From Candidatus Latescibacterota bacterium (GTDB lineage Bacteria > Latescibacterota > UBA2968 > GCA-2709665), in contig CBDCOX010000002.1 of assembly GCA_965219995.1 (NCBI GenBank), positions 3,136,001-3,200,000 on the forward strand: 64,000 nucleotides of DNA. The letters run 5' to 3'. This document shows positions 41,240 to 51,600 of this stretch, piece after piece. Under the pieces are notes generated by a model, which saw nothing but the letters and a program-made list of their open reading frames with translations, was not told the origin of the DNA and did no database searches. Positions within the stretch are counted from its first letter, which is position 1, and the number at the start of each line of letters is the position of its first letter. The translations under genes and the position numbers were made by a program.

Positions 41240-42194
41240 GCTCTACCTGGTCACGGGCGGCGCGGGATTTATCGGTTCCTCCCTGGTACGACGCCTGCTC
41301 CGGGACGGCCACAACGTCCGGGTTCTCGACGACCAGTCCCGGGGGCGCGCCGGCCGGCTGGCGGACGTCCGGGATCACGTGGAATTCATCGCGGCGGACG
41401 TTCGGGACGCGGACGCCGTCCGGGATGCCGCCCGGGGCGTGGACAGCCTGTGCCACCTGGCCTCGGTCAACGGCACCGAATGGTTCTACAGCAAACCGGA
41501 AACCGTCCTCGAAGTGGGTGTGAAAGGCATTGTGAATACCATCGACGCATGCCTGGAACACGACGTTCCGGAATTCGTCCTGGCTTCCAGTTCCGAGGTG
41601 TATCAGACGCCCCCTTCCGTTCCCACGGACGAGACCGCGCCCCTGTGCGTCCCGGACCCGCTGAACCCCCGCTATTCCTACGGCGGCGGCAAGATCATCA
41701 GCGAACTCATGGCCCTGAACTACGGCCGGCGCCACCTGGAGCGCGTGCTGGTCTTCCGCCCGCACAACGTGTACGGACCCGATATGGGCCGCGAGCACGT
41801 GATCCCTCAGTTCATTCTCCGGGCCGGCGCGCTCACCGCAGAACGCCCGGACGGCGCGATCCGGTTTCCCATACAGGGCGACGGTTCGCAGACCCGCGCC
41901 TTCGTGCACATCGACGATTTCACCGACGGGCTGGCCATTGTCCTGGAAGTGGGCGCGCACCTCAACGTCTACCACGTCGGCGGCGACAGCGAAGTCACCA
42001 TCCGGCGGCTGGCGGAGCTGATTTTCAGCCACCTCGGCCGGGAATGCGAAATCGTCTCCGGCGCGCTGCCGGAAGGCAGCCCACAGAGAAGGCGCCCCGA
42101 TATCCGCAAACTCCGGGCCCTCGGGTACCGGCCCCGCGTGACACTCCGCGACGGGCTGGCCGGCACCATCGACTGGTACCTGACGCGCCGGTAA
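41232..42194 (+). CDS. NAD-dependent epimerase/dehydratase
   Basis: LVTGGAGFIGS, ASSSEVY, YGGGK, RPHNVYGP. Confidence 0.92.
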   Translation: MSKLYLVTGGAGFIGSSLVRRLLRDGHNVRVLDDQSRGRAGRLADVRDHVEFIAADVRDADAVRDAARGVDSLCHLASVNGTEWFYSKPETVLEVGVKGIVNTIDACLEHDVPEFVLASSSEVYQTPPSVPTDETAPLCVPDPLNPRYSYGGGKIISELMALNYGRRHLERVLVFRPHNVYGPDMGREHVIPQFILRAGALTAERPDGAIRFPIQGDGSQTRAFVHIDDFTDGLAIVLEVGAHLNVYHVGGDSEVTIRRLAELIFSHLGRECEIVSGALPEGSPQRRRPDIRKLRALGYRPRVTLRDGLAGTIDWYLTRR

Positions 42195-42232
42195 GGCAGT
42201 CCGTCCGGCGCCAGCGACGAGAAGGAGCAGGC

Positions 42233-43483
42233 GTGCCGCCCGCAACCTCGCGAAGCATCACGCAATGCCAGATCAGCAACTCCCCGAACCTTGAGTCCGT
42301 ACTCTTTCTGGGCTTCGTCCCGCCGGTAAACGACATGCAGCCGGTTGGCGGACGGCCCGAAGCGCGTTCGATGTACCCCCTGGAACTGCTCTATTGCCCG
42401 GACTCGCACCTTGTGCAGATCGGCTGCGAGGTGGACCCGGAAATCCTGTTCCCGCCGGAATATCCCTATACCAGCGGCACCACGCGCATTCTCCGTGACA
42501 ATTTCGCGGACATGTTCGAACAATGCAGGGACCTTCCGGGCTTCGACGCCACGTCGTTCGTGATCGACATCGGCTCCAACGACGGGACGCTGCTGGCGAA
42601 CTTCAAGGAGGGGGGCTGCCGCGTTCTGGGCATCGACCCCACGGACAGGGCCCGGCTTGCGAACGAGAAAGGCATCCGCAGCCTCCGGACTTTCTTCTCG
42701 AGGGAAACCGCGCGGGCCGTGGCCGGGGAGCATGGCGCCGCCGATCTCGTGACCGCCACCAATGTGTTCGCGCACATGCCCCGGATTGACGCGGTCGTCG
42801 CCGGGATTCTGGACGTCCTGGACGAACGGGGCGTTTTTGTCTCCGAGTCCCACTACCTGCTGGACCTGATCGGCGCCCTGCAATACGATACCGTCTATCA
42901 CGAGCACCTCAGGTACTACTCGCTGCACAGCCTGAAGTTCCTTCTGGAGAAACACGGGCTGGAGATTTTTCACGTCAAGCGCATCCCCACGCACGGGGGC
43001 TCCATCCGCGTCTTCGCCGCGCGGAAGGGACAGACCCGCGTGGACCCGTCGGTCTCGAGTCTGCTGGAAACCGAACGACGGGCCGGCCTGCTCGACCCTG
43101 AGACCTACCGCCGCTTCGCCGCGGACGTGATGCAGAGCAAACTCGACCTCCTCAACCTGCTCCGGGACGTCAAGTCCCGTGGCGGCCGCATCTACGGCAT
43201 CGGCGCTCCCTCCCGGGCCAGCACCCTCATCGCGTATACCGGGCTCGACCACGACATCATCGACTGCGTCCTGGAAATCCGGGGCTCGCACAAGATCGGA
43301 AAATACATGCCGGGCACCCGGATCCCCGTCCTGGAAGAGTCCGCACTGTTCAGCGACCAGCCCGAATACGCGCTGCTCTTCTCGTGGCATATCGCCGGGG
43401 AGCTCATGCCCAAACTCACCCGAAAGGGGTACCGGGGCGAATACATCGTCCCGCTGCCGTCCCCCGAAATTGTGGCGGGATGA
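42233..43483 (+). CDS. NDP-sugar C-methyltransferase-like SAM-dependent methyltransferase
   Basis: DIGSNDGTLL, TNVFAH, YDTVYHEHLRYYS, PTHGGSIR, GIGAPSRA, KIGKYMPGTRIP; AAGGAG RBS before the GTG. Confidence 0.88.
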   Translation: MPPATSRSITQCQISNSPNLESVLFLGFVPPVNDMQPVGGRPEARSMYPLELLYCPDSHLVQIGCEVDPEILFPPEYPYTSGTTRILRDNFADMFEQCRDLPGFDATSFVIDIGSNDGTLLANFKEGGCRVLGIDPTDRARLANEKGIRSLRTFFSRETARAVAGEHGAADLVTATNVFAHMPRIDAVVAGILDVLDERGVFVSESHYLLDLIGALQYDTVYHEHLRYYSLHSLKFLLEKHGLEIFHVKRIPTHGGSIRVFAARKGQTRVDPSVSSLLETERRAGLLDPETYRRFAADVMQSKLDLLNLLRDVKSRGGRIYGIGAPSRASTLIAYTGLDHDIIDCVLEIRGSHKIGKYMPGTRIPVLEESALFSDQPEYALLFSWHIAGELMPKLTRKGYRGEYIVPLPSPEIVAG

Positions 43484-43524
43484 GTCGCGTTGACATTGTT
43501 GCACTCAAAGCGTGAACCCTTACC

Positions 43525-44274
43525 ATGCCCGACCTCGACGTCGTCATCCCCGTGTATAACGAGGGCGCCAACATCCTGAACGTGCTCAACGCGTTGTGCG
43601 ATGCGACCAAAACGTCCTTCAGAGTGCTGATCTGCTACGACGATGACGCCGACGACACCCTCGAAGCCCTGGAGGATTTCGATCCTCCCCGGTGCGAGAT
43701 CGTAACGGTCCGGAACCGCGGCCGGGGGGCGCACGCGGCCGTCGTGACGGGTTTCCGCGAAGGCGACGCGCCGGCGGCGATCATGTGGCCGGCCGACGAT
43801 ACCTTCAACGCCGGCATCATCGACGCGATGTACCGGGAATTCCGGAACGGCTGCCACGTCGTCGCCGCCAGCCGGTTCATCGAGGGCGGCTGCATGGTGG
43901 GCGCGCCATGGCTGAAATCTCTTCTTGTCAGAAGCTCCGCCTTCTCGCTTTATTACCTCGCACGGCTCCCGGCCCGCGACGCGAGCAACGGACTGCGCCT
44001 GTTCTCACGGCGCCTGCTGGGCCGCGTAAGGATCGAGTCGTCGGTCGGTTTCGCGTACGGGATCGAACTCCTGGTGAAATGCCACCGGCTGGGCTGGAAA
44101 GTCGCCGAAATTCCAGCGGTGTGGTACGAAAGGACGACCGGCCGGAGCCGCTTCAGGGTCATCCGCTGGCTTCCGGAATACCTGCGCTGGTATTTCTACG
44201 CTTTTGCGACCACGTTCCTGCGCCGGGGCCCCGAGACCGTACCCGGCAACGAGACATGCGAATCCCCGACCTGA
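43525..44274 (+). CDS. GT2 polyprenyl-phosphate glycosyltransferase
   Basis: VVIPVYNEG, PADD, ASRFIEGG, ERTTGRSRF. Confidence 0.88.
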   Translation: MPDLDVVIPVYNEGANILNVLNALCDATKTSFRVLICYDDDADDTLEALEDFDPPRCEIVTVRNRGRGAHAAVVTGFREGDAPAAIMWPADDTFNAGIIDAMYREFRNGCHVVAASRFIEGGCMVGAPWLKSLLVRSSAFSLYYLARLPARDASNGLRLFSRRLLGRVRIESSVGFAYGIELLVKCHRLGWKVAEIPAVWYERTTGRSRFRVIRWLPEYLRWYFYAFATTFLRRGPETVPGNETCESPT

Positions 44275-44301
44275 ACCCTGGCAACCCGTTGGAGGCGAAA
44301 C

Positions 44302-46746
44302 GTGAGCAAACGCAAAAAAAGAGCCGCACGACGTCCCGCAACGCCGCGGCCGCAGGCGTCCAGAAGCCTCGCCGACCGCCTCGGTCCCTGCGTCGCGTCG
44401 CCCTGGGCGCCGGTCGTGTTCTTTCTGCTTCTGGGCACGGTCTACTTCGCCGGTTTCGTCTTCACCGACCACGTCATTCTCGGCCAGGACACAGGGAGGG
44501 AATTTCACAAGGGACGGGAGCCCTTTCTGGAAAAGCTGGCCAACCTGGCCCCGGTCAACTGGACGCGGTACCTGGGCGGCACCCCGGTAACCGGACAGCG
44601 GACGTCGACTTATTTCCCGCTGGAGATCATCGCCCTGTTCACCACCCGGCACCGCCTTCTGGGGTGGCGATATTTCTTCGCCATGTTCATGGCCGGCTAT
44701 TTCATGTACCTCTGCATCCGCGGCCTGGGCCTGAAGCCGCTCACCGCATGGCTGACCGGCATCGCATACGCCTCCGCGCCCACCCTGCTCACGTTCATCT
44801 ACGCCGGCCACGAAGCCAAAATGCTGGTCATCGGCCTGTTTCCACTGATGGTCTGGGGGCTGTACCGCGGCATGGAGACCGGCCGCGTTATCTACTATCT
44901 GGTTCTGGGCGTCGCAATCGGCGCGGGCATCTACACGCCGCATCTCCAGATGCTGTACTACGCCCTCTGCGGGCTGGGCATCCTCTTCGCCGCCAGGCTC
45001 GCCCACCTCTACTACGGCGACAGAGACATATTGGCCGCCTTCCGCCGCAGCCTGCTCAGCGCGGGCGCGATATGCCTGGGCCTGGGCATCGGCGCCATGG
45101 GCGTGTTCCCTCAATACTGGTACACGAGGACGGAATCCAGGCGGGCGCTGGGCGACGGCGAAGGCAAAGGCCTCGAATACGCGCAGACGTGGTCGCTGCA
45201 CCCCGAGGAAATCGCCTCTCTGGCGGTCCCGGAGTTCGCGCATTTCGACGACCCGGACCGGAGACAGCGAAACTACTGGGGCCGCAATCCCTTCAAACTC
45301 AACTCCGAATACTTCGGCATCGCCGTGCTCTTCTTTGCCGCCATCGCCCTTGGCGGCATCCGCAGAGACCCCCGAATCGGGATCTTCCTTCTGCTCTTTC
45401 TCTTCGCCCTCGCATTCGCGCTCGGACCCCATACGTTTCTGCATGGATACGCGTACCGCTACATTCCTGGCATGAAAGTGCTCCGGGCCCCGGGCATGAT
45501 CGCCTTTCTGTTCGCCTTCCCCGCCTGCGTTCTGGCCGCCATCGGATTGCAGCGGGTGCTCTATCCGACCGGGGTCTCGCCCCGAATCCGGCGGAATCTC
45601 GCCATCGGCGCGGGGGTCGCCGTGGTCCTGCTGCTGGGTGTCGCCGCGGCGCCGCAGGGCGCGGTCAATGCCTGGACCGACGTCTTCTGGTCCGATATTC
45701 CGGGTTCAAACGTCCGCGTTGCCCAGGCGAACGCGTCCAACCTCAGCCGGGGGGCGACATTTGCCGCCCTGCTCGTGGCGGTGATGGCCTTTCTTTCATG
45801 GAAGCGCCTTGGCGGCGGCATGTCCGCCGCCGTCTGCGCATGCCTTCTGGTTCCCCTCATGCTGTTCGACACCTGGCGGATCGACCGGCAGTTCCTCCGG
45901 TATTTCGATCCGGACCTGCAGCAGCCGCCGGAACGCGTATACGGCGGTGTTCTGCGGCACTTCGAGCAGGACCCGGACCTGTACCGCGTGCTGTTCGTGT
46001 CGCAGCTCTCCGTACCTCCGCCGCATCTGGACGGGGGCAGGCGGACGATCATCGACCGTGTGCGCGTGGACTATCACGAACCCTTTGCCATGCTGCGCTA
46101 CGACCGGATCACAGAACCGCAGAACCTCCGGCACTTTCCGATCCTGAGTCTGCTGAACACACGATACGTCGTGACCCGGGAACCGTTTCAGGGCGGTCCG
46201 GCGTCCGTGGTGACCGACGGCCTGCACATCTACAAAAACGAGTTCGCGCTGCCATGGTTCTACCTGGCGTCCCGGTACCGGATCGAAACCGACGAGGACG
46301 AGATATTGAAGCTTCTGTCGGACCCGGCATTCAAGCCCGATGAGACTGTGATCCTCGAGGCCGAGCCGGACGGATTTTCGACCGGTCACGCGGACACGCG
46401 CTCGCAGGACCGCATCGAAACGGCCGCGTACGACGATCGCGCGGGAACTATGGAGCTCAACGTCAACGCCGGCGGCCCTCGCCTGCTCGTGGTCTCCGAG
46501 AACCATCACCCCTTCTGGCGCGCGTACGTGGACGGCGAAGAGCGGCCGCTGTTCAGAGCCAATTACGTCTGGAAGGCGGTTGTCGTGCCCGCGGGCGAAC
46601 ACCGGGTCGAACTCCGCTTTCACGACCCCATCGCCGCGGCCTGCCGCTGGATCACCCTCCTCTCCACCCTCTTCGCCATCGCCTTCGCCGCCGCATGGGT
46701 TTGGCGGCAGCGCGCCGGGAAGCCGGCCCCCGCCACCGCGGAGTAA
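44302..46746 (+). CDS. YfhO-family membrane protein (GT-C-like)
   Basis: Polytopic N-terminal part; C-terminal LVVSENHHPFWRAYVDG...RANY..KAVVVPAGEHRVELRF. Confidence 0.85.
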   Translation: MSKRKKRAARRPATPRPQASRSLADRLGPCVASPWAPVVFFLLLGTVYFAGFVFTDHVILGQDTGREFHKGREPFLEKLANLAPVNWTRYLGGTPVTGQRTSTYFPLEIIALFTTRHRLLGWRYFFAMFMAGYFMYLCIRGLGLKPLTAWLTGIAYASAPTLLTFIYAGHEAKMLVIGLFPLMVWGLYRGMETGRVIYYLVLGVAIGAGIYTPHLQMLYYALCGLGILFAARLAHLYYGDRDILAAFRRSLLSAGAICLGLGIGAMGVFPQYWYTRTESRRALGDGEGKGLEYAQTWSLHPEEIASLAVPEFAHFDDPDRRQRNYWGRNPFKLNSEYFGIAVLFFAAIALGGIRRDPRIGIFLLLFLFALAFALGPHTFLHGYAYRYIPGMKVLRAPGMIAFLFAFPACVLAAIGLQRVLYPTGVSPRIRRNLAIGAGVAVVLLLGVAAAPQGAVNAWTDVFWSDIPGSNVRVAQANASNLSRGATFAALLVAVMAFLSWKRLGGGMSAAVCACLLVPLMLFDTWRIDRQFLRYFDPDLQQPPERVYGGVLRHFEQDPDLYRVLFVSQLSVPPPHLDGGRRTIIDRVRVDYHEPFAMLRYDRITEPQNLRHFPILSLLNTRYVVTREPFQGGPASVVTDGLHIYKNEFALPWFYLASRYRIETDEDEILKLLSDPAFKPDETVILEAEPDGFSTGHADTRSQDRIETAAYDDRAGTMELNVNAGGPRLLVVSENHHPFWRAYVDGEERPLFRANYVWKAVVVPAGEHRVELRFHDPIAAACRWITLLSTLFAIAFAAAWVWRQRAGKPAPATAE

Positions 46747-46749
46747 TCC

Positions 46750-48195
46750 ATGGGCGGAAAGTCACCGGTCAGAAGGATCGCGGGCAACACCGCGGTCCAG
46801 GTCTTCGGACGGTCCATCGAGTTCGCGATCTTCCTGTTCCTCGCCCATTACCTGGACCTGAAGGCGTTCGGCGCGTATTCGTTCATCCTGACCAACCTCA
46901 TGTTGTGGAGCGTCCTCACGGACGCGGGCGCGTATAACGTCCTGGTCAGAGAAAGCGCGGCGGGCGGTGATCCCGATCGACTCCTGGGCAACGCCCTTTC
47001 CATCGGACTGATCGGATGCGTTGCCGCCATTCTGACGTCCAACGCCTATCTCTACCTTTCCGGCCAGGGCCCGGAAACCCTCATCCCCGCGCTCATCGCC
47101 TCGCTTACCCTGTTCGTATCGCCGCGGCTGAACGCATTTCGCAGGATGCTGCAGGTCCGGTTTCAGGCCGAACTCCAAATGGGATACGTCGTTGCGTGGA
47201 ATACCGTCTCCCACCTGCTCATGGCCGGCCTGCTGGTGGCTGTTGTCCTCAATCAGGGCTTTCTGACCGCCATCTTCTGCGCGCTCATCGCCGCCGAGCT
47301 TCTTTCATTCGCGGGCCTCTGTCTCACTCACCGGCGTCTTTTCAGTCTTCCCCGTTTCCGGTTCGACGCGCGGATCATAAGACCTCTGCTGCGGCAGAGC
47401 ATGCCGCTCATGCTGGCCGCGGTCTGTGTCGCCCTGCACGACAAAATCGGCGTCATGCTGCTCGAGTCCATCGTGAACAAGGAGGCCGTGGGCCTCTACA
47501 ACATGGCGGCGCGGATCCCGGACAGCCTGCCCTTTCTCGCTTCGATATTCATCGCCAACGTCTTCCCCGTGATGGTGAGACACAGGGAGACCGATCCGGT
47601 TGCCTTCGAGAGAATCTACCGCCGCAGCGCGCGGTACCTGATGCTCTTTATCGTCCCCGTCGCCGCCTTCTGCACCATGGCCTCGGGCGACGTCCTGAAC
47701 CTGCTGTTTCCAAACCGCATTCCGGAAGCCATGTTCGGCCACGCCAGCGGGACGCTCGTCCTGCTCATCTGGGCCATGGTCTTCAAATACATGGGCATTG
47801 CGGTCAGTTTTTTGTTCGTTGCCATCGGCGAGGAGAAACGCCGGCTCTACTGCCTGGGAGCCGCGGCGGTGCTCGGGATTCTTCTGAACATTGCGCTCAT
47901 CCCCGGCCACCACATCCTCGGATCGGCTGCGGCCGTACTGATCGGCTCCATCGCTTTCCCGGTCGCGGGGCTCTTCTTCGCACCGCTGCGAAGATACGCG
48001 GTCATGGCCGGCGCCGGCGCCGTCAAACCGCTTCTCGCGACCGTTCTGACGGCGGCCTGCGTCGCACTCGTCACCGATCACCTCGTTTTCGGCGCGATTG
48101 CGGGGGTAATCGTCTACGGCGCGCTGATCCTGCTCCTCAAAGGCGTCACGCGGGAAGACATCGCCCTGGTCAAGGAACTGAAGAAAGCGGGGTAG
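46750..48195 (+). CDS. Wzx-like oligosaccharide flippase
   Basis: Many TM helices, FGAYS, DKIGVMLL...AVGLYNMA, LNIALIP. Confidence 0.85.
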   Translation: MGGKSPVRRIAGNTAVQVFGRSIEFAIFLFLAHYLDLKAFGAYSFILTNLMLWSVLTDAGAYNVLVRESAAGGDPDRLLGNALSIGLIGCVAAILTSNAYLYLSGQGPETLIPALIASLTLFVSPRLNAFRRMLQVRFQAELQMGYVVAWNTVSHLLMAGLLVAVVLNQGFLTAIFCALIAAELLSFAGLCLTHRRLFSLPRFRFDARIIRPLLRQSMPLMLAAVCVALHDKIGVMLLESIVNKEAVGLYNMAARIPDSLPFLASIFIANVFPVMVRHRETDPVAFERIYRRSARYLMLFIVPVAAFCTMASGDVLNLLFPNRIPEAMFGHASGTLVLLIWAMVFKYMGIAVSFLFVAIGEEKRRLYCLGAAAVLGILLNIALIPGHHILGSAAAVLIGSIAFPVAGLFFAPLRRYAVMAGAGAVKPLLATVLTAACVALVTDHLVFGAIAGVIVYGALILLLKGVTREDIALVKELKKAG

Positions 48196-48496
48196 ACGGG
48201 AGACGTTAGACGGGAGATGATATCAGTGCCCAATGGAATTTCTTGTCGTTACGATAACGGTAAATTAACAGGCACGGTTTGTGTGGAAACACTGCTGTAA
48301 GTGTCTTCATCTACCGTCTACCCTCTTACGTCTCACCGCTTCTATTGCCCCGTGTGGTTTCACATCTTGCCCATGGCATTGAGTAAGAACCAATGGGGCA
48401 AGGACGTCATCTAACGTCTACCCTCTTACGTCTCACCGGTGTTAACCTCTCCCCCCGGCCCCCTCTCCCGGGGGGAGAGGGGGAGACAACCAGGAG
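48184..48496 (+). repeat. Heptamer-arm element array (L-B-R-C-R) plus hairpin
   Basis: The flippase TAG lies in the L arm; 48346-48496 is a close direct repeat of 53297-53445. Confidence 0.9.
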
Positions 48497-48651
48497 ACTT
48501 TGAAAGGATCACAGTTTCCCCCTTCCTTCAGGAAGGGGGAAAGGGGGTAGGTTGTCGGTGGGGAGGTGAGACTGTCGCATTTTGCAACACCCCCGCGCCT
48601 TGTCGATGTGCCCATCCCGTGTGTCCTTCTCACGAAAGCGGCGCAGTTCCG

Positions 48652-51600
48652 ATGCGAAACTCCATCCATCGTGTTCCCGCGGTTGAGGGTTTGAGTGTGT
48701 CTGTATTCCTCGCTGTCGCACTTTTCATTTCGTCAGCGTCCATCGGCCACGCCTCGGTCCGTGACGGCGACGGCGCGCCGGTCTGCGAGCCGATTGATTT
48801 TTCGAGGGCGCCGCTCGAGGGCGCGGACGTCGCCGGGAAGCGGGCGTTCAACCTGAATACGGGCGATCCCCGCGCGGTGCGGGTGGTTTATTTCGTGCCG
48901 GCAGACAGTCTGTTTCGCCCCGCCGTGGAGGATTCGATCCGGCGGGCGATCCGGCGGATCCGGACCTTTTATGCCGAACAGATGGAGGCGCATGGCTACG
49001 GCAACCGAACGTTCGACGTAGAGACCGGCGACGACGGAGCGCCGCGGATCCATCGCGTTACGGGACAGCACGCCGAGGACCGCTACGCCGGCGACCAAAG
49101 GCATTCCAGGGTGTTCAGCGAGATCCGGCAGAATTTCGATACCGGCGCGAACGTCTATGTCGCCGTTATCGACTATATTCGCAGTCCCACCGCGAGGGGC
49201 GGCAGACGGGGGAAAATCGGCGGCGAGGCGTCGGTCGGCGGGAATTTCAAATGGGAGACGGTTGCCCACGAACTGGGACACACATTCGGCCTGGAGCACG
49301 ATTTTCGCGACGGCGATTACATCATGTCGTATAGCAACAGACAGAATCGGATTTCGGCTTGCGCGGCCGAATTCCTCTCTGTGAACCCCTATTTCAATGC
49401 CGGAAGATCGATCGACCAGGCGCAGCCGCCATCCATCGAACTCCTGTCGCCCAGGCGTTATCCCGCCGGCTCGAAGAGCGTCCTGTTGCAGCTCAGAGTC
49501 GAAGATCCGCAGGGGCTGCATCAGGTGACGCTGTTCGCGACAACGAGTACGATACGCCCGGGCTTTCCGAGGGGGTATTATGAAGTAACGGCATGCCGTG
49601 GACTGCCGAACGGGACGCATGCGGTTGTCGAGTTTGAATACGACGGCGATATCCCGTCTTCTTCAGGTTCCGCGCTTCCTGACACGGTTGCGCATCCGCT
49701 CCATGTCAAGGCCGTTGACAAAGACGGAAACGTCGGCCGGTTGTCCCTTGACCTCGTCGAAATCTCCGCGCACCACGTCGCGGCGTTGGAAGGACATAGG
49801 GACCGGGTCGAATCCCTGGCCTTCTCGCCCGACGGGTCGATTCTGGCATCCGGATCGTCTGACGATGCCGCCAGGCTTTGGGACGTCGCCGGTCGGGAGC
49901 AACTCGCCACGCTCCGACAAGCGGGGCGTATAAAATCCGTTTCCATCTCGCCCGACGGAAAAACCCTTGCGTCATCTTCGGATGACCATACGGTCAAACT
50001 CTGGGACCTCATTGAGCGGGAGCTAATTTCCGTCCTCAGAGGACATAAGAGTCCGGTCAATGGCGTGGCGTTTTCGCCGGACGGAAATTTGCTTGCCTCC
50101 GCTTCGGACGACCATTCAGTCCGGCTCTGGGACGTCGCAGAACGGGAACACACCGCCACGCTCGAAGGACACGCGAGTCCGGTCAATGGCGTGGCGTTTT
50201 CGCCGGACGGAAATCTGCTTGCCTCCGCTTCAAACGACCATTCAGTCCGGCTCTGGGACGTCGCAGAACGAGAACAAACCGCGATGCTCGAAGGACACGC
50301 GAGTCCGGTGAACGGCGTGGCGTTTTCGCCGGACGGAAATCTGCTCGCCTCCGCTTCGGACGACCATTCAGTCCGGCTCTGGGACATCGCAAAGCGAGAA
50401 CACGCCGCCACACTCGAAGGACACGCGAGTCCGGTGAACGGCGTGGCGTTTTCGCCGGACGGAAATCTGCTTGCCTCCGCTTCGGACGATCGAACCGTGC
50501 GGCTCCGGGACGTCGCAAAACGGGAACAGCTCGCGATTCTTCCGCATACTGACGCATTCGCTTCGGTCGTCTTTTCACCGGACGGTACGATCCTCGCCGC
50601 GGGTTCCGTCACGGTGGAATTATGGGAAACGTCCGGGTGGAGGCTGCCCCGCGCCGCGTCGTTGACGACAGTCTCAGGCGACAACCAGAAAGGCGCGGCG
50701 GGGGACGCATTGGCGAATCCCCTGGTTGTCGAAGTTCGAGACCAATACGATCAACCGTTGGCGGGTGCGCAGGTCACGTTTACGGTGATTGGCGGCGACG
50801 GAAGCGTGGGCAGTGGATTCACAACCGTCACCGCCACCGCCGGCCCGGACGGCAGGGCGCAAATCGTACTCACGCTGGGTCCGAACCCCGGGAAGAATAC
50901 GGTCGAGGCATCCATCGTCGGGTTCGAGGTGCAGACGTTTAACGCCGTGGGCGTCGGCACGCCTCCGGTTCCGGGTGCGGACCGCAACTATCCCACGCAG
51001 CATTTGCCGAAAAACGCCATCGTCCGCCTGGGAAAGGGCGCCATTGGCCGGACCGACAGGGCGATCGGGTTTTCTCCAGACGGGAAACGCTTCGCCGTGT
51101 CGAGCGGGGTCGGCGTCTGGCTTTACTCCGTGGACGATCTGGAGAGGGTCGCTCTGCTTCCCTCCGGCATCGTCCAGTCACTGGCCTTTTCGTCCGACGG
51201 CGCCACGATTGCGGCAGGCGGCAGCTGGAGGGAACACGCGGAGGTCAGGCTGTGGGACGCGGCAACGGGGACAAATACGGCCACGGTTGATTTCGAAAGC
51301 TGGGGGACGATATATCTGTCGCTTTCTCCGGACGGCCAAACCTTTGCTTACCCCGCCGGCGAAGGCGTCATCCATCGGTTGGACGCGGCCACCGGGAGGT
51401 CCGCGCCCCCTCTGGAGGGAGACTGGTCGGTTGGCCCCTCGATGTCCTTTTCTCCGGACAGTACAACCATAGCCGTGGCACACGAGGACGGAACGATCAC
51501 GCTCTGGGACCTGGCGGTACCCGCCAACAGCCTCACCCTGGAGGGACATCGCCGGGAGGTCGTCTCCGTGGCATTTTCTCCGGACGGGAGGGCTCTCGCG

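Noticed and set aside
38978-43483. Apparent N-terminal extensions/fusions in the ORF track (38978-41239, 41450-43483, also 6631-7275, 32843-33667, 48439)
   Set aside because: Extensions overlap other genes or repeats; RBS-linked internal starts give normal-length proteins
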